64,000 bases of DNA from Tubulanus polymorphus (lineage: Eukaryota > Animalia > Nemertea). The notes beneath the pieces were generated by a model, which was given only the letters and a program-made list of their open reading frames with translations, had not been told where the DNA came from and searched no databases. Made by a program: the position numbers and the translations under genes. Below are positions 42,808 to 56,600 of this stretch, piece after piece (the stretch's first letter is position 1; each line of letters starts with the position of its first letter). The stretch covers positions 4,053,950 through 4,117,949 of the forward strand of contig NC_134026.1 in NCBI RefSeq assembly GCF_964204645.1, in the 5' to 3' direction.

Positions 42808-45800
42808 GCTTAAAAGTTATTAGTATTTAGTTGAAATAAACCTCTGATTAGAAGATATAGCAATTGGGAATTGTATCATCCTCCTAGCGACTCGGCCACG
42901 CCAAAGCGGTCGGGTGTCGTAGAAATTCGTATCAACAACAATGAGCCAGTAATGAAAACAAATTTTCACATATTTCTGCTTGGATTCTAGCGTTGGGGTT
43001 GGCGAGTGATAATAGTCTCATATCCATCCGATATTGACACCGTGGAGGGATATACATTAAATATAATGTATATTTAGCGTCCTTCGCAAATAGTCAATTT
43101 CACCAGTATCGATCATCATTAGGAAAACAATTATTTGGAACCAAGCGTGAAAACCTCTTACGACATCGTTATTAAATTGAGGCACATCACCAGCTACGTC
43201 ATCTGCGCCGCATCATTAGGCGGTTGTTTGTTTTTGTTGTTGGATTGTTAATATATGTATCGACCACAGGGCATTTAAATTGGTCACCGGTGAAGCGTAA
43301 TATGTTTATCAGAAATTGCTATCTAATGGGTAGTGGCTGATAGCGGACTCGAAGCCACCAGACCCGACGTCTGAAAGCCAGACTCGGTCGAAATTTTCCC
43401 CGGGTTTGGTTAACCAATTAATGAAATCACTTAATGGTTTTATTGATTTCAGTAAATTACACCATGCTCCAGAAATCAATGACAAAAGCTTCTGAAATTT
43501 GGAATGTCCCCGTTCTGGGCGGCTTTCGATAGACATTCGTGTTTCTCGGAAACGAACATGATACCAATGATTCTGTGATAATTTCATTACCTTTGTTATC
43601 TGCGTTTGGTAACTTTATAACGCGTCGTATTGTGACTTCGCGTGCGCTAATTGGGGGTCACGCACGGGTCGTAACGGGAGCCACACCACGTCTTTGACGT
43701 AACTTCTCTTCCGCTAACTTTTCTCGCATACGTCGCACGGAATATCGCTGACCCATTTTCTTTTTCGCATTTGAAACCTTGCCCTCTGTAAACTCTAGGT
43801 ATTAGCTAATCCCCGAGGCAAAAAGTTGCTAATGCGACAAACCAGATATATCCATTACGCGCGAAATGGATTTTCCTCGTACTCAGATGTATATGTGTCC
43901 ATTTTCATGTTCAAACGTTTGTTATTGTCAAGGACGATGAAATTTGCGACATCTTAAGCTAAAATTTCACACGCCTTCGTAGTAATATCTCTCATCCAAA
44001 ATACAGCTTTCGCTCTAATCAAGACACAGGAGTCAGCTTAGTCTAGAGTTCTTAATTTTCGCTGAATTGATTAAGTCCCCCGTCTATAATACGGTCTGAT
44101 CTGGGAGATTTTGATATTTAGAGTCAACCGCATACAGACCTGGTATTCGATTGGCAGTGACATCTCACTCGACACTCAAACGAAACGCGCTATCGAGAGA
44201 CGCTTAGTCCGTTCGTTTCTCTGATGATAGGATTTAGTCAAAATCCCGAAACTGTCGGATAATAAATCGGATATCATGTCAATTGTGGGATTTTATTTCG
44301 CATGCTTAGACGGTATTAGTATCCGACAGAAGTGACATTCAATTCTTACACCGAAGCCTGATGGTTATATTGATTAGAGATCGATATGTATATACATATA
44401 CGCGCAAATAACATTAGAGATATGAATATAAACAACAATAATAATATGATTTATGAAACGAGATCTGCGTGTCATATTACATTATTGACGAATGTAAATA
44501 TGGAAAATAAATGCATTATGACATTGTCTTAGAATCCGGTCTAAATGGATTTACCGTATACGAAATGAATACACGAATTATTTGCACATACCTCCATGTT
44601 CATGTGTCATCCGACGATTCCGACGACGGCATCTTTTAAGCATTTGGAATTTTCCAATATTTAGAGAAATGATAAAGCAATACAAGTGAAATTTACACAC
44701 TACATGAATTTTTAGATTTTGATGGATAGCAGTGTAAAACGAATGTAGATGATTGGTAAAGGAATAGCAACTTTAGCCTCTGAATTGACTATACAGATGG
44801 TCTACGAAAGCTTTTTTGAAATGCGACTATTGTTTGTAGCACCTAATTGAATTTCCGAACACTAGGGTTAACGGTATGCTGCACAGGACAGTAATTGGGT
44901 CAAATATTTTTGAAAAGATGCAACGAGAGGTAAACATCAAAGGTAGTAGTCGTCACCAACAACATGGCTATTTATGTAGCATCCAGAACTTGCTTCAAGT
45001 TTACACTAAACGAATTAAACAGCAGTGATACTGAAAAGGATGTTCTATATTGAACGCTAGAAAATAAGATACATCATGATATTTTCTTTTTTTAAGTAGG
45101 GATTGACCCTGTGATTTATCTAATAAGTATAGATTTCGTTTCATTTTGTTTTGATTTGGTGTCCCTTACAGCCCTGCTGCACCTACTGGGAGCGAAGCAG
45201 GGATTTGATTTTGAAATCGGAAATCGAAGTACAGGTATACACAGTCTAATTAGATTATATTTCGCGCTCACAACAAAAGCGTAAATACAACATATAATAT
45301 AATAACATCTAAAAGAGAATATCCATCTCAAGTCACTATAACCTTTCTAATTGGATAGAAATCGAACACATTTAATATCGAATTAAAATGAAGCGTTTGA
45401 ATTATTAAAAAATGAATAATTATATTCACCAAAAAAATTAGCTCATAAAACATGACGTATCTAGATGGTAATTCAAAAAAAATCCTCATCTAATATTGAA
45501 GTTAATATTATTGTTGTAAATTTCAACGTGGCCACTCCATCAACGCGTATTGGCATTTCCATATGATGAAGCCTGCGTTTTATTTGTTAATTCATAGGAA
45601 GCAAAATATGTGAAATATGTAAACAGTGGTCTAGGATACTGTATATATTTCTATCACTATTCACATGCATGTAGATTTTTTTTATTGAACCTAGCGGCGG
45701 AAATGTGCTTAGTTGTGTTTGGCGATATCATGGCGATATCATGATTTTATAACATGTTTATTGTCACTATGATTATTATCTTTAATGGCGTAAAAATGGC

Positions 45801-48800
45801 TTCATCTTTCTTGGAATGATTACTACCGTTCAGGAGAAAAGGCTTATCAGATTATGATCTCGTAGCTATTATTAGATTCTTCTTCGAATGTTAAACTGAT
45901 CAGTTAAAAAAGTTTATAAACACGGCCTAACGCGACGCATTGCCAGAAACGAATAAACTGACGTAGAATTTAATTGTGCGGAATATGTTCGCAGAGAGTT
46001 GGAGATTTCTGAACGATCTTGAACAAAACATCTGAACAACGAGGGTGTGTAGTAAATGTAAGTATGTCGGTTGCTATTGATTTATCGTTGTCTCCTCGGC
46101 GCAGCAACCGGACGTGTTAACGCTACGAGCAGATTTGCAGCGCAGCGTTTGACGGTACGGACGCGTTCTCACGGCGCTCCCCATACATCCGTTGCTTCGG
46201 TGTCTCGTTGAATAGTTCTAATAAACCGGACTAAATTGTCCCGCATAAAGGCAATGGAACTATTACGAAAGGAGCATTTACAAACATAAACCATCAGGTA
46301 ATTTGATTGTTGTTAAAATAATAGGGTTTCTCCTAAGGAACATAGGTATATTTTTTCAGTAGAACACTTATCAAACTGAATGATTCAAATAGATTTTCTA
46401 TTTTACGTTCGAATGTTTTATCATTTGGAAATATTCGAAGTAAATAGAAAAATATAGACTTGTGATAAATACAGAAGTAAATACCGTTTCACTGGCAATT
46501 TCTTTTTGAAATATATTATACGGCTGTAGTTGTATGGATAATCTAATGGCCTCGATTCGAGGGAAACTTTCTAGGCACGAATTTTCTGTCAACCCTTATC
46601 ACTACAACAGTTGCAGTGATGTCGTCGATATATATAACGCTAGAATAAAAAGCTTATGACTATGCATAATGATTTTTTGATAGAGGCTATTTTGTTCACG
46701 TCGCACTCCTCTGCCGACATATGTTTCATTCGTATCAATTGCGGATACTACGTCGAGTCTCTGGAAATCGTTAAGTGCTGTCGACGTCGATTTCTAAGTT
46801 TGTTAATTAATAGCGCAGATGTCCGCCATAAATTCCGAAGTTACAGTGCATTAACCGTTACAGTCTATCGAAAAAGCCTAACTTGCTAAGTCGCTAACTT
46901 GCTATTTTTCTGCGTGGTTAATTGCGCTACCGATTTAGCTCTGGTGCCACCGGATGATGATTTCTTAATTCGAGCAATTTCGTCGTTTGCCCGCGGGTGT
47001 TAGTTCGGTTCGAATTTATAACGAACTTGCAAGCATCAACTGCTGTAAGAATTAAGCAGCGTCACGCGTTTCGGCGGAAACCGCGAACGCTTTTAAAACT
47101 CGCTTTCATTCGAGCGTTGAAATCATTTCGCCTAAATTAATCCGCGCCCATCATATCTTAACGCATCGACGAATTAGTTCGGAATTACATCGTTTTCGAA
47201 GATCTTAATTTTTTTTTTCAAATTTTGCCAGTCCATAGGAATGGATACGGAGGCATTTGAAAACATTCCTATAATAATAAATGTTTTTATTGAAAACAAT
47301 TATCTATCTGAAATTATCAGGCATTTCAGTGCACTAAAACAAATGATTATAATCGCACGTGCGTATCAGACCACACGCAATTATTACAGATTCGTCGAAA
47401 ACTAGGTTTATTCAACGGAATTGGTGTCGTCCTCATTTCGTTTAACGGCCAATGTCGTAGTAGTTTTGGTCTTCTATTTGCGCTAATTATGGAGTAACGA
47501 CCAGTTTATCGTAGTTTTACGATATGCATTGCGCGAATGTAGGCTCGGTTTGAGTAATCAAAAAGTGTTTATAGCTCCATAATCTCCACAGCGCGTCCGA
47601 TGTCAACGCGTGTGCAATAAACACTTCTCATATGAACAGTTAAATTGGAGTTATCCTCAGCTTCTGTCGGATTATCTCGTCAATTCACAAGCAACTGCCG
47701 GAATTCTGCTGGCCGAAGAAAGACCCGTCTACAGCAGCTATCTTTGTAAGTAACCATATTATACGCACTAAAATGCTTAGTTCAAAGTATCATTTTCCCC
47801 CCAAAGAGATTTTGCTTTCTCTCGGGTATATTTGTGTTTATTTTTACGGCCACGGATGGATGAGCCGACGAAAGTTCGGCGTAAAATCTAAACAGACAGC
47901 ACGTCGTATACAGGCTCGATAAAAAAAAAGGCACGCAGCAGCTGGTGAAACTGAATTGTCGATGATGAGATATCGAGTAGCGACCGGTCAATGGATCTTA
48001 TCGTCTGAAAAAACACCCGTTAACTAGGTAATGTCGATTGGATGCGTCGGAGAAATGTAATTTGCAACGTCCAGCTTTATTGAGCGGTCAGCGCTGGAAT
48101 AACATGGCATATACGTCGAATGAAGATTACGCCGCTGTCTTATCAATTCGTTTCAGGAGCGTGACTTTCTTATAGGTCGTAATCGTGAACATTTTGACGG
48201 ACAGGCGACTAGTGAGGTCGCATATTAGGTCTTATAGGAGCGTCGTTCGGAAGGTGTATATTTTGTTTTCTATGATATTCAAGATTTTGTAATCATTATT
48301 CGGTATACTCGAACATTCTATACTTCTGTGTTGGCCGTGATGATCTATTGTCTGTTGCTACGAATCGACGATCATCGCCATTACGCGACAATTAGTACTG
48401 ACGGAGCAGTAACCGACGCAATTTATCATACATAATCCCGACGTAACGAGAATCTGCTAATATTTCGTCGGACCTTTTAACTGTCGAGCTGGCACCGATG
48501 CTTACATATTTCAGTCCGAGCCGCCGCGCCTGTCAAATAGATCGGATCAGGCCGTGATGCCACCATGAAAGCGGCTAATGAAACAGCCAAATTGGCTCCT
48601 TAATCTCGCGCAAGCAGCCGCTCAATCAAAGGGGATGCACGGATGAATCGCGTACCCACTTTCATTTTCGTTCTTCGTGTGACATTTCTTGTCTTTCAGA
48701 TTTAGACATCGTCTGCCAGCTGTAATATATCGACGGCGGACAATATGTTTGCAGTTTCCCAAAATACTTGTAGACTGAACGGCACATAGTGTGACGACTC

Positions 48801-48807
48801 CTGGTTT

Positions 48808-48847
48808 AACCACGGACGTATAAGCTAGAGTTCATACGTCCGTGGTT
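48808..48847. repeat. Perfect 14-bp-stem inverted repeat with a 12-nt loop
   Basis: AACCACGGACGTAT - aagctagagttc - ATACGTCCGTGGTT. Confidence 0.9.
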
Positions 48848-49227
48848 TCAGGGGAGTTGTACATCGTTTAGATCAGATCGTATATAATTCAACGCCTGTT
48901 GATTTCGAGCTCGGTTGACAATGGGCGCATTACTATTCTTTATTCGATTAATTACGAGCCGTTAGGTCTCTCTAACTACATTAAACCGGTCAACATCTTG
49001 TACGCAGTGGGAGTTGGGGATAACCTCTAACCAACCCATCAGCTGTTGCGCTTGTTGATTCCTATTGATGAGTATTCTTAGCCCATTAGCAGCAGATGGC
49101 TTGGCCCTAGATTAGAAATACGACAACGATTAAAAATGTCACTTATACCACATTACCACATTAATCGCAAACTTTAATAGATATTGGCTTTTCAATTTGT
49201 ATTTAGGGATCTAGATCAATTTAATCC

Positions 49228-49262
49228 AATGACTCATGTCCTTTCGAATTTTATCGTTTCAG
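49228..49262 (+). other. 3' splice acceptor (branch-point-like motif, pyrimidine tract, AG) of the paralog A coding exon
   Basis: aatgactcatgtcctttcgaattttatcgtttcAG|atc; exon starts at 49263. Homologous to the paralog B acceptor. Confidence 0.75.
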
Positions 49263-49315
49263 ATCAAATCGAAGGAATCCTTGAACCCAGTGCGTACATG
49301 ATAGACAGAAGTGAA

Positions 49316-50539
49316 ATGAATAACCCAACTGTGGCGGCTGCCATAGACAATAGCACCGGACTTGTATCGTCAGAGAGTGGGAACTCCTCTGTTGCCAATG
49401 ATTCTATCATGGAAAACTCGACTGGTGATATCACGGATGAACCATGGCTGCGTGGTATCGTTATACCGTTCTACGTAATAATATTCATACTTGGTATAAC
49501 TGGTAATACGATCGTTGTGTTCGTCGTGGCACGGAACAAATCCATGCAAACTATCACGAATATTTTCATTACAAACTTGGCTCTATCAGACATCATGATG
49601 TGTCTAATGGCAGTGCCTTTTACTCCCTTGGCGGCATTTATGGGTGACTGGATATTCGGCGACACAATTTGTCACATCCTTCCGATGGCACTTGCTGTAA
49701 GTGTTTTCGTTTCTACGTTGACCTCGACTGCGATTGCCATTGATAGGTACTTCGTTATCGTTTACCCCTTTAAGCCGAGGATGAAAGTATGGATCTGTTT
49801 GCTATTGATCTTCTTTATTTGGATGATATCGACATCGATTTCTATGCCTTTGGCAATATATCAGAGAGTCGAATACAACGCCGCGAAGAACATTCAATTC
49901 TGCGGCGAAAAATGGCCGGATACGCAATCTCGGAAGTTCTTCACGTACACGATCTTTATCCTTCAGTACGTGGCTCCGTGCACCGTCATCATATTTTGTT
50001 ACCACGAAGTCTCCCGAGTTCTCAAAGAAAGGTCGCGCGCAAAAATCGGAAGCGGGAGTAAATCTCGGGAAAAAGAGATACTGGAAATCAAACGAAAAAG
50101 ACGAACCAATAAAATGTTAATCGCTATGGTTGTCATTTTTATGGTATGTTGGATGCCTTTGAACGTAGTACATCTACTCTCAGAAAACATAACCAGCGTA
50201 CAACACTGGTATTGGTTCACTTTGGTATTCTTCATAGCGCATATTATAGCTATGAGCTCAACGATATATAATCCATTTTTATACGCCTGGATGAATGACA
50301 ATTTCCGCAAGGAATTTAAGACAATTTTACCATGCCTGTTCGTGCTTCGTCCTCGCAGTAACATTAATGGGTCGACCCAATATTCAACCGTCGACACGGC
50401 GGTCACAAACGTCGAGCGATCGCCGATGAGAGAACGAAACGGCAGTAATAGCGGAAGTGGCAAGAGCGCGCACGCTCATTATGACCTTGACTCGGAGAAA
50501 GTTCACCTCAAAGTAACTGCCGACCACGAGGACGTGTAA
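49316..50539 (+). CDS. Class A neuropeptide GPCR, sNPF/PrRP-receptor type, paralog A. Single coding exon; 407 aa from ATG 49316 or 413 aa from in-frame ATG 49298.
   Basis: Seven-TM rhodopsin motifs: GNTIVV (TM1), NLALSD (TM2), ICH...AIDRY (TM3), ECL2 Cys (FCGE), CWMPLN (TM6), SSTIYNPFLYAWMNDNFRKEF (TM7/H8). VPFTPL, VSTLT, YPFKPRM and RKRRTNKMLIAMV are characteristic of sNPFR/PrRPR. The N-terminus carries sequons NST, NSS, NDS and NST. ATG 49316 (MNNPTVA) aligns with ATG 56803 of paralog B (MDKPTVA). The ORF-track start at 49184 lies upstream of a splice acceptor. Confidence 0.93.
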   Translation: MNNPTVAAAIDNSTGLVSSESGNSSVANDSIMENSTGDITDEPWLRGIVIPFYVIIFILGITGNTIVVFVVARNKSMQTITNIFITNLALSDIMMCLMAVPFTPLAAFMGDWIFGDTICHILPMALAVSVFVSTLTSTAIAIDRYFVIVYPFKPRMKVWICLLLIFFIWMISTSISMPLAIYQRVEYNAAKNIQFCGEKWPDTQSRKFFTYTIFILQYVAPCTVIIFCYHEVSRVLKERSRAKIGSGSKSREKEILEIKRKRRTNKMLIAMVVIFMVCWMPLNVVHLLSENITSVQHWYWFTLVFFIAHIIAMSSTIYNPFLYAWMNDNFRKEFKTILPCLFVLRPRSNINGSTQYSTVDTAVTNVERSPMRERNGSNSGSGKSAHAHYDLDSEKVHLKVTADHEDV

Positions 50540-50769
50540 CTAGATTTCGAAACGCGGCGTAAAATGGAACTGACACCGACGTCAGACAATGTACATCAAT
50601 CGAATGTCTTGTCAGCACATTCTGTCCATTAAATTGAAGGATACGGATAAATCATAATGAATGTACATTGAATTATCTTCCAATGAATTGCTGAACAGGC
50701 AAACCAAAAAAAAAAAACAAACAAAACTTAACATAGCAGACAAACCACGAATGTACAGACGAATAATTT

Positions 50770-50800
50770 AATAAATAAAGTGTCTCTGTGATTTTTAGTG
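50770..50800 (+). terminator. Candidate polyadenylation signal of paralog A
   Basis: Overlapping AATAAATAAA (50770-50779) about 230 nt after the stop codon, followed by GT/T-rich gtgtctctgtgatttttagtg. Other AATAAA hexamers exist further downstream. Confidence 0.4.
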
Positions 50801-53648
50801 CTTTACTGTTGAATTTTGGTAGATTATCGTATGTTGTATGAACCTGTAAAGTGTTATAATATGAATAATATACGACCCGTAGTGAAAAATAAGGCGATCA
50901 TGTATTCCTAGATGGGACGAACACTATCATTTTATTATGGTGCTATATGTATTGACTAAAATACGAAATAACACTGTCACTGGATCTAGGAAAAGCGTGT
51001 TTCGCGACAACAACTGTGCTAGGTACCGAATTACACAAAACGGCAGCTTTTAGATGATATATCTGCCCTGTCTCGATATAGTATATAGTATATGATCACA
51101 GGTCGAGCCTCGGTGTTAAATGATGATCGAGGATGATATACGACACAAGAATAGGTCGTTTTAGAATTGAAAATATGAATAAACGAAAGAATGTAAAAAA
51201 TGCAATAATACCAACCGCAACTTAGTCATTATTTATGGAGATAAAAGAAGGAAATAAAAAAGAATGAAATTTTCTGAGTGCCCTATTATCCGCCATATTA
51301 TCGAAGTAATCGTGAAAAGAATGATAAAAGATGATATGAGGTTATGTGTTTTTTTTTAATTTCATGTTCTTACCGTAACTCGTGTCGGCGTGAAATAAAA
51401 CGTGTAGGCTACAAACATATTGATGATACGAGCATGTGAAGTTGAGAACAAAAAGCAGCTGTTTTGATAAATACAATAGTCGTTGGAGTATAAATCGCAT
51501 TGTACCATGTGTAACTAATTCATATTTCACGCCTATGCCGTTTATGTTTGTATAGAATTTTTTTTACGGTTATGACAACATCGTGATTTGGATGACGCGA
51601 TGTGTTCACGTGTGCGGCGGCGGTCACGATATCTCGCATATTCTGTGACCGCTCGCACTATTTTGTGAAGATTTGGATGTTTTTTTTTTGTTTTAAGAAA
51701 AAAAGTAAGAAAATCATCGTCAATACCTATTTACCTACATTCCACCAATGACATATTTCAGGTATTTACTTTGAAATGTACATGCATACATACAGTCATC
51801 TTTACTCTTTTTTATGTCTTATAGGGCCATTCTTTTCATGTACTCAGATATTTGGGCATTATGTACTTTGACTAAGAACCAGTATGGGCCAATGATGATT
51901 TCAAGCGTTCGCTTTCATCGATTTATGTTTCCTATAAAGAAATACGCTTTGCTTTATGATGATTTCAGATGAAATCGCTATTGATAAAAGTATCGATTGA
52001 GTTTGATCGATGCTTCAGTTAAACCAGGTAATACGAGTTTATCGGTTTTCGTAACCCACGTGATCGGCTGTGAGTGAAATGAGGTTGTGATGACGGTTGC
52101 GATGACGTGGAGGGTGTGTAAGATATGTATTTGTGAGTAGTGAAATGAGGGTGTCGGTGCATTATCTTCCCAACGTCAAACGAATGAATGTGGGCTCAAA
52201 AGCTGGGTTTATGAGACAGATAGAACGCGGAAATGAATAGTGGGCGAGAATGAGAAGTGAATGTTATGTGAAAGTGTGTTAAACGAATGTGTCATCGATC
52301 GAGAGTTTGATGTGAAAAGGGTGTCTATTTCCCAGACGTTTTTTAAAGTAATGTTACCAAATTTGCCAAAAAATCCCAATTTGAAGACATGCAATATTTT
52401 CAATAAATTGTCTGTCAACGACGTTGATATCTTGTATCAATTGACTGCATATCTCTTCTTTAGTTTTGTTACTATCGCTCGTTGAATAACGTAGTTTCAT
52501 CAATATATCACTTTTCAGACCATTACGATTTTTGAAGTGTGTGGACGTGTGAATATCGTTGTACGTGCGCCTCATTGCTTGAGTGATTTTTTTGCCAGAA
52601 ATATCTGATGAAACATATACCAAGTAATATTATTTATTCGCCAACGATGGTATTTTATTAAAGAAAATGTAAATATCGAAAATAGCTCAGTGTTTCACAA
52701 TATTAATTAGTCCCACAAAGCCTATAAAAATAGGTGAGCCTTGTTCGGGTGGTCACCTGGTTATTACTCGCATTGAGGATTCTATGAGGAAACCTCTGCT
52801 GTTTTCATCGACTGTGTATCGGAATGGTAATTGTGTAACTGCGTGAATCTCATTGATTTGTGTGTGTGTGTGTGGAGTGAACAAGGTCGAACTTACGCGC
52901 CGATACTATTTTTGGCGATAGTGATTTATTCATGGGTTTCAGGTGATGACAGACGCATGAAAGAGTTACGCGTTAAGATTGAACTAATCTTAGAGAGTCG
53001 AAGTTATCCCTCGACTGTGGAACTGGATCTTGGGTCCTGTAGTGCATCTTCTCGGCTCAGAAAAAATCTCTGGTTTTTGTTGTTGTGCGGACTAGATAAT
53101 TGGGGTGTGCTGTGTGAGTCTGCCGAGAAGGACTTAAGAGCCATTTTGTGTGAATGAATAAGACGTTTGATAGTGGTTTGTTCGTTTACTATCCATGTTG
53201 ACATTTTATTGACGGCATGTTTGTTATTGTACGTATGATCGTTTGTTTCTGTTCACGTTATTTTCCCTATATTCGGCCATTTACAGTGCTCCGAGTAATA
53301 TGCGCACAAAGCAACTCTCGTTTCCCGTATCCGGACTCCACTGTGTTTATGCCCCACGCCGAGCCTGACCAGTGGAGACCATCGATTCAGCCATCGATTC
53401 CAATATATACGCAACGTTATGCTATTACAGCTAATTGAATTTCCGTCAAGTTCACGCTCGAATTAATGGTTTTTGTTCGAATATTGTGAACTATTTGAAT
53501 GCATCGTCGTCGAATGGATGTGGCCGCATTAGGTTTCTTGAACTGATTGTTGTGTGCGTGCGTTGCATGGTTTCGAATTCACCATCATCCTTTAACCATA
53601 TTAATGACCTTAAGAAAAATATAATTGAATAAAAGATGTACAAATAAA

Positions 53649-53670
53649 TATATATATATATATATATATA
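53649..53670. repeat. Short (TA)n microsatellite (another at ~53839-53868)
   Basis: Visible TA runs between the two GPCR paralogs. Confidence 0.85.
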
Positions 53671-56600
53671 ATACAATTTTGTAAATAGATTATGAGTTAT
53701 TAATTATCATAGTTCGATTTTAGATTTTCAGTTGAATGTAGATTTGCTTTCGTGTTTCGTATAAGACAATTCGTACCGTACGAAATAACATCGCTTGTCT
53801 TTCTAGTTTATAAGTACTATATGATATGATATAAATAATATATATATATATATATATACATATATATAACATTAGAAAAATATCGCTTAACTTAAAACGG
53901 CGAAGAAATGTTAAAAAATGGTCGGACATCGATGTTTGATGAAAAAGTAAATAGTATCAATCATTTAAGCGAACGTCGAATGTACGTTTATCATCTAACA
54001 GGTGCTTGGTAGCACACGTGCGTCACCGCCCTTATCATTGGACATAATGAACGTTTCAAAAAAAAAATTAACAATAAACTACCATTAATACTTTCACATT
54101 GTTTGTGAAAATATCAGTGTTGTCGGATTATATTGAACTATATTCTGTATTAAAGCGAGTTATATGATACAATGAAGAGTTTTTGCTTTGTTTCTTTTGT
54201 CGGGAGACTTTTTCATTGACTGATAGCTCATAGTTTGATTTCCCAGATGTTTCCGGCATTGTGGTAGTCCATACAACGAATAATAAATCTATTCCGGTTT
54301 CTCTGTCTATAATCCAACTTCATCTACTCTCTCCTCACTATCATCAGGCCTACGCACTTTCGAGGAGGTGCATTTAAAACGGGACACTGTTTCGTATTTT
54401 TTACGAAGGTTAAAGTGGTCGGAACGTGTCACATGCGCACGGAAGTATGGGAGCTCAATTGAGAACAATTCATTTCGAAAGAAAGTAAAATAAATAAATA
54501 GTTTGAAGCTAGATTTTAAAGTGAGGTGGTTTTGGCATTTATCATACCAAATGATCAATATATTAGTAAGAAAACATTCGCGTGCCATTTCCTCGATTTG
54601 TCCGTGAAATGATACCGTCGAATGTTCATCCACATTAATATCAATATATGTATGTATGTATATGCACCATCTATGTATATAAAATATTCATAACCAATTA
54701 TTGATTATCGAATCATTTGAATCGCAACTTTGCAAATGCTCTCTTGAAATGAAATCTTGTCAGGTTTGAGTGTTATGAATGTTCAGGATTCGCAAACCTT
54801 TTTCAGCGTATTAAGTGATTACGGTACCATTTTGCTCAGAGCTGCGTCCGACAGCTAGGGCATCGGCTAAATGCACTTTTCGAGATTAACCACCTAGAGC
54901 TTTAACTGTAGCTTTACCGCATCGTTCATCGTCCTGATGAGTAATATTAATGGCGGTATCGCATGGTAAAAGATACCAGCAGGAAGTCGGCTAATGAAAC
55001 AATCAATTGACCCCTTCTCATGCTTACCTGTCCGCAAATTATCATTGGCTACAAAGTACTACCAGAACCCCCATAGTTAATCTATATTTTGCATATTTAC
55101 ATACGATCTTCAAAACAACTTGATTCTGAAGGCTTATAGCAGACCATGAACTCTGGGTGTCCGAACAAACATAGGTTTGGGACCTTCAAATAGACTCAAT
55201 GAAGCCAGTCTTTCAGGGATATAAGTTAAAGTCATAATTCGTATAGTTAACTGAAATTTGCTGTAATTGATATTTTTTCCGCGAATGAGAGCAGCAGTAG
55301 AGACAGATTCTAAAGCAAAATACTAGAAAAACAATCCCCCAAGTCCGCACAAACAATCACTAATACCTTACGAATATTTATTATCAAAATGTCGAACTTT
55401 CAATCACAGTTATTTTTAAAATTTACTCGTGAAAGCATGGATTACGAGGAATTCCATTTTACTGACGTGAACTACTTGTATTTCCTGTACTCATTAATTC
55501 TGAAAAGAACTGTGATTGGCAATTCTATGCCAACTGAATTTCTGTTTTTGTGTGTGTAGAGTGACTTGTACGTTCACCTTTGGGCTGGATGCAGGTTATA
55601 GTAATTGATACAGATTAAATGTATTTCTATTACGCTTGTCACTATAATTAATAGGTAAATGCTACTTACATTAGAGAATATTTGCGACGATAAAAGGTGA
55701 ACCAAAAAATCTCAGTGAAATAAATTTATATTATGGCAGTTCAATAACTTTATGTCATCCTCTGGAGTTTTGAGATAATTGTTAATCTGCTGTGCTATAG
55801 ATGTTCTCTAAGAATACGAGATTGTCGGGATTGAAAGAGTGGCATTCCCGCGTTTCTGACAATGAATTATCAGCAGATTTCGATCCCACAGGCGAACGAT
55901 TAGTATCAAAGTGATGCTATACTAAAAATTCGTATCTAAACTCAATATTAGCAACATTTTCCAGTTGTGGGCTTCACAATCACCCGTGGTTTCCACGAGT
56001 TTTTAGTCTAGTAGACTTATTATCGTGCCATATTAGAATGTACTGTTTCATCTTCAATGAAATCAATTAATTATCTTGATATGATTATCGATTTACCACA
56101 TTTTACCACAATTCGACTTATTATCGTCGTAGTATCAATACCCCGACTTATTCATCTCGGTAGATTTTGGTTACTCGACTTATTCATCACGAATTGCCCT
56201 GATTTTTATGAGTTACGAAATACGTTCGATAATATATGAACGAGACCGAACCCCTAATTACCTACTGATGGGGAAGTTTTCTAAACTGAATTGTCGATGT
56301 CCATAAAAAAGACAGACCTGCCAATTACCTACGTACTTCACTGGAAACTATCTAAACTTAAAGCCTGATATACCTCATTCATCCTGGGAAATCTGTCATA
56401 TAAGAAATCAAGTGTATTTACACGTAAATTCAAAAAGTACTATGAGGTATCAAATATCATCGATGAATTAGCGTGTTGTCTAAAAGCTGGTCCGCATAAT
56501 GCTTCCATTCTTATGAGATAAAATGGAATACTCGGTGAGCGAATTGCCGCAAGTATGTTGGCGTAAATTTTCAGCGCAAGATCTGCTGTTGCGATACTGA

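Noticed and set aside
49184-49297. N-terminal extensions of the GPCR ORFs in the ORF track (also 56641-56802)
   Set aside because: They start at TTG codons and read through intron sequence and splice acceptors; clear protein similarity between the paralogs begins at MNNPTVA/MDKPTVA.
49471-49665. Identical 64-aa antisense ORFs (also 56928-57122) and other antisense ORFs over the receptors
   Set aside because: They are shadows of the GPCR coding strand; their identity simply reflects the shared tract.
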